40,000 nucleotides of DNA from Pseudoxanthomonas sp. 10H (GTDB taxonomy: Bacteria; Pseudomonadota; Gammaproteobacteria; Xanthomonadales; Xanthomonadaceae). The notes beneath the pieces were generated by a model. The model worked only from the letters and a program-made list of their open reading frames with translations, made no database searches and was not told where the DNA came from. This document shows positions 20,571 to 26,236 of the stretch, in pieces. The first letter of the stretch is position 1, and every line of letters starts with the position of its first letter. The stretch spans positions 142,596-182,595 of the forward strand of contig NZ_JBGNUG010000002.1 in NCBI RefSeq assembly GCF_041464125.1, read 5' to 3'. A program made the position numbers and the translations under genes.

Positions 20571-20729
20571 ATCGGGGCCTCCTTGCCGCCTTTACCCGGC
20601 AGCGTGGCCCCGTCGCGGACCCCGGCGGTATCGGCCAAGTCCGTGATCGGCGTAGGAGTTTCTCGATTGACGGCCCGCCGGACGTGGCCACAGACTCGGC
20701 GCTACACCCCTGCTGGGGGTCTACTGGTA

Positions 20730-20736
20730 GTTAGGC
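20730..20736 (+). other. attI recombination core site (G|TTAGGC)
   Basis: This is the first GTTRRRY core downstream of the intI start, 160 bp from the intI ATG. The TTAGGC that follows is complementary to the R'' (GCCTAA) of the first attC at 20917, as expected for an inserted cassette. Confidence 0.75.
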
Positions 20737-20916
20737 GGGTTGTGGCGTTCGTGTTTGGGGTGGGTCGTCGGACTTCGGTAGGGGAATCGCAATGGATCGT
20801 TGGCGTGCGGCATCGCAGCGGGTCGGACGCGGGGAAGGCGTTCGGTCGGCGCGCGTCTCGCACAATCACCAGGCTGGCGCTTCGGCTATCCAGGCTTCTT
20901 GCCTGATGGGTCGCCG

Positions 20917-20976
20917 GCCTAACCACTCGTTCAAGGCGATGCCGCTTCGCGGCACGCCTTAACTCCGGCGTTAGGC
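20917..20976 (+). repeat. attC site 1 (60 bp)
   Basis: GCCTAAC...central stem TGCCGC-TTC-GCGGCA...GTTAGGC. It carries compensatory changes (AAGGCG / CGCCTT) relative to the other attCs (AAGCCG / CGGCTT). Confidence 0.88.
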
Positions 20977-20979
20977 GCG

Positions 20980-21237
20980 ATGAAGCTAAGTGGGTCTATC
21001 AGCAAGCTTGGACTCTTTCTGGCGGTTTCAATGCTGGCGGCTGGCGGCTACCTCACGGCCTTTCCCGCGGACATGGTCGCCTCGCATCCAAATATGATGC
21101 CCCGTGGGAATACACCTTCGCGCTTCGTCACGCCCACGCAGCATGTGACTCCCGCGCAATCCAGGTTCCATGGAATTGCGTTGATGGTTTTTGGCCTGGT
21201 TGTTGGTGCCGTCTCGCTGTACCGGCCCAAGGAGTGA
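20980..21237 (+). CDS. cassette 2 ORF: 85-aa hypothetical small membrane protein (two hydrophobic helices)
   Basis: It is the only sizeable plus-strand ORF in cassette 20971-21312. The ATG lies 9 nt after the cassette boundary. Hydrophobic segments are LGLFLAVSMLAAGGYL and IALMVFGLVVGAVSL. No family was recognised. Confidence 0.6.
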   Translation: MKLSGSISKLGLFLAVSMLAAGGYLTAFPADMVASHPNMMPRGNTPSRFVTPTQHVTPAQSRFHGIALMVFGLVVGAVSLYRPKE

Positions 21238-21258
21238 CCCAGCAATGCTGAAGTTTGC

Positions 21259-21318
21259 GCCTAACAACTCAATCAAGCCGAACTGGCTTCGCCAGTCGGC
21301 TTATCTCGGGCGTTAGAG
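21259..21318 (+). repeat. attC site 2 (60 bp)
   Basis: GCCTAACAACTCAATCAAGCCGAACTGGCTTCGCCAGTCGGCTTATCTCGGGCGTTAGAG. R'' complements the cassette start TTAGGC at 20971. Confidence 0.9.
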
Positions 21319-21323
21319 CCCTT

Positions 21324-21803
21324 ATGACGCGGAATCGCGACTTGAAAGGAATAGCCAACAGCCTTGTTGAGACTTTCATCAGTCGCAACAACGACGTGTC
21401 TGGATATTGGGGTATCGGTAAGCTCTACCAAGATGCGCTGACGCACTCGGCTTCAAGCATCGACCTGGATCTCTTGATTGGCATCTCGCAGCCAAACACC
21501 CCCGTTACCCGAGCGGTTGTTCTGCACTACGCCACTTACTTAACATCTAGGCTGGATGGGCTGGCCATCAGTGCCGCTCATATAACTCTTGAGTTCGGAG
21601 CCCTCGTACCACACACAAAGCCCTCGCGGCTCACTTATGGCGATCCATTTGTTTGCGCTGTATCGCTCACTTCGATGCAAGGCCGCACATATGTAGCCTC
21701 ACGCGTCGGTCATTGCGCGCCACACTCTCCGCGAGAGCTCCGTCGTAATCGGGCGGGCTCTAACAATTCATTCAAGCCGAACCCGCTTCGCGGGTCGGCT
21801 TAA
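21324..21803 (+). CDS. cassette 3 ORF: 159-aa hypothetical protein
   Basis: The first ATG lies after the cassette boundary at 21313. The track ORF start at 21255 lies in the previous cassette and attC and is rejected. The last 14 codons (SNNSFKPNPLRGSA*) are encoded by attC3. No recognisable domain. Confidence 0.6.
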   Translation: MTRNRDLKGIANSLVETFISRNNDVSGYWGIGKLYQDALTHSASSIDLDLLIGISQPNTPVTRAVVLHYATYLTSRLDGLAISAAHITLEFGALVPHTKPSRLTYGDPFVCAVSLTSMQGRTYVASRVGHCAPHSPRELRRNRAGSNNSFKPNPLRGSA

Positions 21804-21817
21804 TTCAGGCGTTAGGT
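21758..21817 (+). repeat. attC site 3 (60 bp)
   Basis: CTCTAACAATTCATTCAAGCCGAACCCGCTTCGCGGGTCGGCTTAATTCAGGCGTTAGGT. R'' CTCTAA complements the cassette start TTAGAG at 21313. Confidence 0.9.
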
Positions 21818-21821
21818 GGCC

Positions 21822-22091
21822 ATGGAAGAGCTTCGCGAACTCGAAGAGACTCTGCGCGACCTTGTTCGGCAACTTGGCGAGCCGGAAGCCAAGCAATGGC
21901 GCAAACGCGTCGAGAAATACGTCGATCAGATTGCTTCCGGAAGCACATCTGGCACTCCTGCATTTTTGGCAATGTATCAGGGCGGCATGGGATCATTTCT
22001 AGACTTGCAGGGAGCCAACCCGGAGTCGCATCGGGAGCTACTCGCCTTGCGAGACCGCGCGTATGACTTGGCCAATCGCATCCGCAGATGA
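21822..22091 (+). CDS. cassette 4 ORF: ~90-aa hypothetical, predicted helical, charged N-terminus, GGMGSFLDL motif
   Basis: Start is ATG 21822 (alternative GTG 21816). It is the single ORF in cassette 21812-22161. The sequence MEELRELEETLRDLVRQLGEPEAKQWRKRVEKYV... looks coiled-coil-like. No family assigned. Confidence 0.6.
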   Translation: MEELRELEETLRDLVRQLGEPEAKQWRKRVEKYVDQIASGSTSGTPAFLAMYQGGMGSFLDLQGANPESHRELLALRDRAYDLANRIRR

Positions 22092-22107
22092 ATCTCGCAA
22101 GCTGGCC

Positions 22108-22167
22108 ACCTAACAGTTCCTTCAAGCCGACGCCGCTTCGCGGCGCGGCTTAACTCCGGCGTTAGCC
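22108..22167 (+). repeat. attC site 4 (60 bp)
   Basis: ACCTAACAGTTCCTTCAAGCCGACGCCGCTTCGCGGCGCGGCTTAACTCCGGCGTTAGCC. R'' ACCTAA complements the cassette start TTAGGT at 21812. Confidence 0.9.
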
Positions 22168-22175
22168 ATCACACT

Positions 22176-22982
22176 ATGCGTCAGTTGATTCCCGCAGCAG
22201 TCCTCGCACTTACCGCTGAGCTCAGCTCCGAGCGCGAGACGCACGCCACCTTGGACAGCCTCTTTACGTATGCCGGCGCGCCTGGCGATCCGCCAGAGGG
22301 AAGCAAGCACGCTAAAGCTCTGGCTTGGCTGCGCCGTGCCAATAGCGAGTCTGCCAACCCGCTGCAGGTGTTAGGTCGCATCCTCGAAGGCTACATGGAG
22401 CAGGTACTAGACCCGAACGACCGCTGGGACAAGGAAAAGATTGCCCAACGTGACAAGTTGGTCCGCGCACTGGCAGACGCCAATCTTCAATATGTCAAAG
22501 GTGGCCGAGTCGTCGGGGCCATGGGCACACCGACCAGAACCTTGTCGGAGTTCATTCGCGAGGGTGACCTAGAGTCAATAGATCAAGAATTTCAGCGCGC
22601 GGTCCAGAACGCCGCGACCTCCCCCCGTGAGGCCGTGTCTGCTGCAAGCAACATTCTTGAATCCGTGTGCAAGATCGTGATCTCGGATGAGGGTTTGCCC
22701 ATGCCCTCCAAGCAGGACCTACAGTCAGTGTGGAGTGTTGTGCGCAAGCACCTTGGGATTGATCCGAGCAAGATCGAAGATCAGGATCTTCAGCAGATTC
22801 TTACTGGGCTCATTTCCGTCGTACATGGCATCGGATCGCTGCGTACGCATGCGAGTTCGGCACACGGCGCGGGCAAGGCACCGTACCGCTTGGAGCCGCG
22901 TCACGCCCGGTTGGCTATTCATGCGGCTCACACTCTGGCGCTCTTCGTGCTCGAGTCTTGGAGGAAACGAGGCAATGGCTAA
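22176..22982 (+). CDS. cassette 5 ORF: 268-aa Abi_C / HEPN-like domain protein (AbiJ-like abortive-infection family candidate)
   Basis: The C-terminal ~70 aa, ILTGLISVVHGIGSLRTHASSAHGAGK...RHARLAIHAAHTLALFVLESW, looks like the Abi_C (abortive infection C-terminus) domain as I recall it. It contains an R-x6-H HEPN-type motif (R223..H230, nt 22842-22865). The stop TAA lies inside the attC5 R''. Confidence 0.6.
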   Translation: MRQLIPAAVLALTAELSSERETHATLDSLFTYAGAPGDPPEGSKHAKALAWLRRANSESANPLQVLGRILEGYMEQVLDPNDRWDKEKIAQRDKLVRALADANLQYVKGGRVVGAMGTPTRTLSEFIREGDLESIDQEFQRAVQNAATSPREAVSAASNILESVCKIVISDEGLPMPSKQDLQSVWSVVRKHLGIDPSKIEDQDLQQILTGLISVVHGIGSLRTHASSAHGAGKAPYRLEPRHARLAIHAAHTLALFVLESWRKRGNG

Positions 22983-23036
22983 CAATTCGTCCAAGCCGAC
23001 GCCGCTTCGCGGCGCGGCTTAACTCAGGTGTTAGGC
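22977..23036 (+). repeat. attC site 5 (60 bp)
   Basis: GGCTAACAATTCGTCCAAGCCGACGCCGCTTCGCGGCGCGGCTTAACTCAGGTGTTAGGC. R'' GGCTAA complements the cassette start TTAGCC at 22162. The cassette ORF stop TAA lies inside R''. Confidence 0.9.
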
Positions 23037-23039
23037 CGC

Positions 23040-23354
23040 ATGACCAACTTCACGCTCCCTTTGTTCTTTGCACTGTTCTGCCTCGCCATTGTTTGGCTGG
23101 TACTAGTGCAAATGCTTTTTCGGGCCTTGGCCGACAAGCATCCCGAGATGCACCAACGCATTGGCAGCCCTCGCGGCTTTGGGGCTCAGGCTACGTCCGC
23201 GCTTCTCAGCTTCCTGCTTACTCGCAAACCCGAATCATTGGGTGATCGCGCGGTTCTGTTACAGGCCAACGTCATGCGCGTTTTGCTGGTCGTCTACGTG
23301 GCCAGCTTTGCCATACTCGTCTACGGCATCATGTCGGCGCAGAATGCGGCCTAA
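23040..23354 (+). CDS. cassette 6 ORF: 104-aa hypothetical membrane protein
   Basis: The ATG at 23040 lies 9 nt after the cassette boundary. Hydrophobic segments are LPLFFALFCLAIVWLVLVQMLF and VLLVVYVASFAILVYGI. The stop lies inside the attC6 R''. Confidence 0.6.
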   Translation: MTNFTLPLFFALFCLAIVWLVLVQMLFRALADKHPEMHQRIGSPRGFGAQATSALLSFLLTRKPESLGDRAVLLQANVMRVLLVVYVASFAILVYGIMSAQNAA

Positions 23355-23408
23355 CAACTCATTCAAGCCGAACTGGCTTCGCCAGTCGGCCTAACTCCGG
23401 CGTTGGGC
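23349..23408 (+). repeat. attC site 6 (60 bp)
   Basis: GCCTAACAACTCATTCAAGCCGAACTGGCTTCGCCAGTCGGCCTAACTCCGGCGTTGGGC. R'' complements the cassette start TTAGGC at 23031. The ORF stop lies inside R''. Confidence 0.9.
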
Positions 23409-23421
23409 CACAGGAGGGTCG

Positions 23422-23649
23422 ATGAAGGACTTCAAGAGGTGGCTAGCCATCTTTCTTCCAGCAATCGGATGCCTCGCTCCTGGCTTGGTTGGCGTCACGA
23501 TTGGCCGCACGTATGCAGCGGCTCTGGGTACCTCTCCCTCTTGGCTAGGCCCGGCAGTCCTTGTCGGCTCAATCGCGTTGGTACTTGTGGGTGTTCTCTT
23601 GCTGCCTGCTGCTTTCAGGTCGCTGAGGCGCGGCAGGCGCGCGGCCTGA
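23422..23649 (+). CDS. cassette 7 ORF: 75-aa hypothetical small membrane protein
   Basis: An AGGAGG RBS lies 4-5 nt before the ATG. Hydrophobic segments are WLAIFLPAIGCLAPGLVGV and PAVLVGSIALVLVGVLLLPAAF. The stop TGA lies inside the attC7 R''. Confidence 0.65.
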   Translation: MKDFKRWLAIFLPAIGCLAPGLVGVTIGRTYAAALGTSPSWLGPAVLVGSIALVLVGVLLLPAAFRSLRRGRRAA

Positions 23650-23703
23650 CTATCCACTCAAGCCGGCACCGGTTCGCGGTGCGGCGTAACTCCGGCGTTA
23701 GGC
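23644..23703 (+). repeat. attC site 7 (60 bp, R'' degenerate: GCCTGAC)
   Basis: GCCTGACTATCCACTCAAGCCGGCACCGGTTCGCGGTGCGGCGTAACTCCGGCGTTAGGC. The length and central stem are conserved, but R'' carries TGAC instead of TAAC. Confidence 0.8.
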
Positions 23704-23720
23704 CTGATGAGGATCCCTTG

Positions 23721-23960
23721 ATGACACATGAGAGTGAAGTAGTAGATTCGCGAATCATGCTTCGGGTTATCAGTGGCGCATTGGCCGCTGTGGGCCTTCT
23801 GTCCGTAGCGTTCGCTGCACTTGAACTCTTCGCTGCTGGCTCAATTGACGGGTGGTCGGGATTGCTTGCGGTTTCCGCTTGCTACGGAATCTACCTGTTC
23901 GGCTGCTACGCAATCACTGGTCGCCTGCCGCTGGGAAGCAGGTTTGGCAAGAAGGGCTGA
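23721..23960 (+). CDS. cassette 8 ORF: 79-aa hypothetical small membrane protein
   Basis: The first ATG lies after the cassette boundary at 23698. Hydrophobic segments are VISGALAAVGLLSVAFAALELF and GLLAVSACYGIYLFGCYAI. The stop TGA lies inside the attC8 R''. Confidence 0.55.
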   Translation: MTHESEVVDSRIMLRVISGALAAVGLLSVAFAALELFAAGSIDGWSGLLAVSACYGIYLFGCYAITGRLPLGSRFGKKG

Positions 23961-24014
23961 CAACTCATTCAAGCCGAACCGGCTTCGCCAGTCGGCTCAG
24001 TTCCGGCGTCAGGC
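23955..24014 (+). repeat. attC site 8, terminal (60 bp; both cores degenerate: GGCTGAC ... GTCAGGC)
   Basis: GGCTGACAACTCATTCAAGCCGAACCGGCTTCGCCAGTCGGCTCAGTTCCGGCGTCAGGC. The central stem has one mismatch. No further attC-like sequence follows. Confidence 0.75.
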
Positions 24015-24246
24015 GGGTAGTGGCGCTCGTATCGGTGGGGCACCGGTCTGGCTGTCCAGACAGGGGCGCCGGTCTGCCAGCGAGCGGTTCCAGTGCGGGG
24101 CGGCAGGATGGCTTGGCTGTTCGTGCGGGCCGCTGCGCAGCCCTGCGAGCTGCACTTGGCACTCCCCGCTGCAGTGCCGTGACCCGTCATTGCAGGCACT
24201 ATGCCGGGCGGCGGACCCGACCGCGCCCCCACCTCGACGACGACCC

Positions 24247-24546
24247 ATGCCCACTGCCCCCGACGACCATTTCTACGACCGCGCCGACGCCCACATCCAC
24301 CTGGCGAACGGACAGCTCAAGGACGCCGACCGCGGACGGGTCAGTGCGTCGTTCCTGTACGGCGCATCCCGCTTCAACGTGCATGTCGCCGCATGCAACA
24401 GCGGGTCGCGCGACGCGCTGGTCGACGGGCGTGCCGGCATCCGCGACTATTACGTGGCCGAGTACGCCAAGATGCTGGAAGCGCACCTGGACGACTACAT
24501 CGCCCATTACCACCGGTACATGTCCAGCGACGACCGGCAGGCCTGA
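24247..24546 (+). CDS. 99-aa hypothetical protein, DUF3144-like
   Basis: The N-terminal FYDRADAHIHLANGQLKDADRGRVSASFLYGASRFN resembles the DUF3144 family pattern as I recall it (FY..A..FI.LAN...). GC3 is high in this frame. Confidence 0.55.
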   Translation: MPTAPDDHFYDRADAHIHLANGQLKDADRGRVSASFLYGASRFNVHVAACNSGSRDALVDGRAGIRDYYVAEYAKMLEAHLDDYIAHYHRYMSSDDRQA

Positions 24547-24681
24547 GCGGTCATCCGTACGCCGTCGCCCGCCGCGCGTGCCGTCCCATGCGTGCCGCGC
24601 ACGCGGGAGTCCTGCGCGGGCTGCACCCATGCCGCGCCGGGGCGGGCCGATTGACCCACGTACGAAAGGAGCCTGCGGTCG

Positions 24682-25188
24682 ATGCCCTTCACCCCCCTGC
24701 ATCTCGGCGCCGGCGCGGTGTTCAAGGCGGTCGCCGGCCGCCGGATGAGCTTCCTGGTCTTCGCCGGCACCCAGGTGCTGATGGACTTGGAGCCCCTGGT
24801 CGGCATCCTCCGCGGCAGTGCGGTCCTGCATGGCCCGACGCACACGCTGGCCGGGGCCGTGCTCATCGGCGGCGTGGGCGCCGTCACCGGCAAGCCGGTG
24901 ACCAATGCGGTGCTGCGGCGGGTGTCGCCGGCGAGCGTGCCGGTCGGCTGGCCGGCGGCGTTCGCCGGCGCCTGGGCCGGCAGCCTGTCGCACATCGTGC
25001 TCGATGCGTTCATGCATGCCGACATGCGGCCGTTCTGGCCGCTCACGTCCGCCAATCCGCTGCTGTACCGGATCGACGTGGACCACCTGGGGCTGCTCTG
25101 CCTGCTCGGCGCCACGGCCGGTGGCGCGGCGGTCCTGTTGCGGCGAACATGGCGGCGCAGGGGCGCGGCGCGCGCGACGGGTGATTGA
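24682..25188 (+). CDS. 168-aa membrane-associated metal-dependent hydrolase-like protein (DUF4184 / YdjM-DUF457-like)
   Basis: An AAGGAG RBS is present. The N-terminus is MPFTPLHLG. The His-rich blocks HGPTHTLAGAVL and SHIVLDAFMHADMRPFWP resemble the YdjM/DUF4184 motifs. Hydrophobic stretches are present. Confidence 0.5.
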   Translation: MPFTPLHLGAGAVFKAVAGRRMSFLVFAGTQVLMDLEPLVGILRGSAVLHGPTHTLAGAVLIGGVGAVTGKPVTNAVLRRVSPASVPVGWPAAFAGAWAGSLSHIVLDAFMHADMRPFWPLTSANPLLYRIDVDHLGLLCLLGATAGGAAVLLRRTWRRRGAARATGD

Positions 25189-25267
25189 GGGGCCCGGGAG
25201 TAAAGCGGGGGCAGGGCCGGGCGAATGCCCGGCCGGGCGGGGGCGATGACGGAAACAGGGGGACGCC

Positions 25268-25651
25268 ATGCGATGGCGCATCGGGATGTCGTTGATCGTG
25301 CTGCTGGCACTGGCCGGCGGCGCGCTGGTGTTCTTCCGCGGGACGCCGCTGGCGCTGTCCGGCGTGGAGGTGGCCAGCGATGTGTGCGATGCATCGCTGG
25401 CGACCGGCACCACGGTACGCAGCCGCTGGTCCGGCGACGCCCTGCACCTGGCGATCGCGCAGGTGGAGAACTGCGGCCTGGGCCTGGAGTCGGTCGCGGT
25501 GCAGCGGGTGGGCGGGCATCTGTTCGTCCGCACCGGCTACCGCGCGCCGGAAGGCCCGCAGCCGGCCTGCTACTGCACCCATCGCACCACCCTGCAGGTC
25601 CGCGGCGTGCCGGTGCGCGACTACCGCGTGCATGCGTACGCATGGCCGTGA
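25268..25651 (+). CDS. 127-aa hypothetical protein with N-terminal signal/anchor
   Basis: The ORF has strong GC3 bias. The hydrophobic N-terminus is MSLIVLLALAGGALVFF. It has four Cys. No family was recognised. Confidence 0.5.
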   Translation: MRWRIGMSLIVLLALAGGALVFFRGTPLALSGVEVASDVCDASLATGTTVRSRWSGDALHLAIAQVENCGLGLESVAVQRVGGHLFVRTGYRAPEGPQPACYCTHRTTLQVRGVPVRDYRVHAYAWP

Positions 25652-25681
25652 CCCGGACGGCGCCCTGCGCCGGGAGCGCTG

Positions 25682-26194
25682 ATGGCCATCCGTGACCGGC
25701 TCGATGCGCGCTGCCCGCGCTGCGGCGGACGCGCGCTGTTCGTGGAGCCTTACGTCTTCAGCGCGAAGCCGGTGGCCGAGGCGGGCATCCGTCGCTGGGG
25801 CGGCTGGCACATCCGCGAGCGTTATCCGGCGCTGCTGCCCTGGCAGGCGCCGAAGGGCAGCACGCACACCTTCCTCACGGACGGGCCTTCGGATGGCCAG
25901 GGCTACCGGCTGCTGCATCGCGGGGTGGTCGAGTGCGCACGGTGTGGTCCGCCATTCGTGCACACGCTGGCGTGGCCCGACGATGCCTGGTGGCAGTGGT
26001 CGATCCGCGGCAGGCTGCTCTGGGCCTGGGATCGCGAACACGCGCTGCAGATCCTGGCCTACGTCCGCGCCAGCGACCGCCCGCCGCGGTCGACCTCCGG
26101 CCCGCTCGGCAGCATCCCCAGCGATTTCCTGACCGCGAAGGCGCGGCCGGCGGTGGTCAAGGCGATCGAGCGTTCGCTCGGCGCGGCGGGCTGA
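25682..26194 (+). CDS. 170-aa hypothetical protein with split zinc-ribbon-like CxxC pairs
   Basis: CPRCGG lies near the N-terminus and CARCG ~75 aa later. The protein is Trp-rich (WWQWSIRGRLLWAW). Codon bias is good. No family was recognised. Confidence 0.5.
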   Translation: MAIRDRLDARCPRCGGRALFVEPYVFSAKPVAEAGIRRWGGWHIRERYPALLPWQAPKGSTHTFLTDGPSDGQGYRLLHRGVVECARCGPPFVHTLAWPDDAWWQWSIRGRLLWAWDREHALQILAYVRASDRPPRSTSGPLGSIPSDFLTAKARPAVVKAIERSLGAAG

Positions 26195-26236
26195 CCGGCG
26201 GCGTGCCGCGCGCGTCCGAGGATGCGGGCGCGGCGC

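Larger units (their letters stand above)
19563..24014. mobile_element. chromosomal integron: intI, attI, 8-cassette array
   Basis: The elements are intI (minus strand), the attI crossover GTTAGGC at 20730-20736, eight 60-bp attC sites and cassette ORFs all on the plus strand. GC content is visibly lower than in the flanking ~70% GC genes (by eye). Confidence 0.93.

Noticed and set aside
20667-20672. TTGACG hexamer facing the cassettes as a possible Pc promoter -35 element
   Set aside because: The best -10 candidate at 17-bp spacing (ACAGAC) is very poor. I cannot support a promoter call without transcription start data.
20702-20926. 74-aa minus-strand ORF in the attI / first-cassette region
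   Set aside because: It crosses the attI crossover point and runs antisense to the cassette direction. It has no RBS and an implausible composition.
22687-23960. Alternative-frame ORFs crossing attC sites (22687-23022, 22958-23245, 23161-23394 and the 5' part of 23403-23960), all ending in ...NNSFKP..LR..A
   Set aside because: They overlap better-supported cassette ORFs or span cassette boundaries. Their shared C-termini are just the conserved attC read in one frame.
23852-24748. 298-aa ORF, and the 241-aa ORF at 23821-24546, spanning the end of the integron
   Set aside because: They read through attC8 and the non-coding junction. Only the in-frame 99-aa DUF3144-like portion (24247-24546) has a plausible start and family resemblance.
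24199-25643. 444-aa and 378-aa minus-strand ORFs opposite the post-integron genes
   Set aside because: They are antisense to ORFs with RBSs and better GC3 periodicity. Their composition is Arg/Pro/Ala-rich low complexity.
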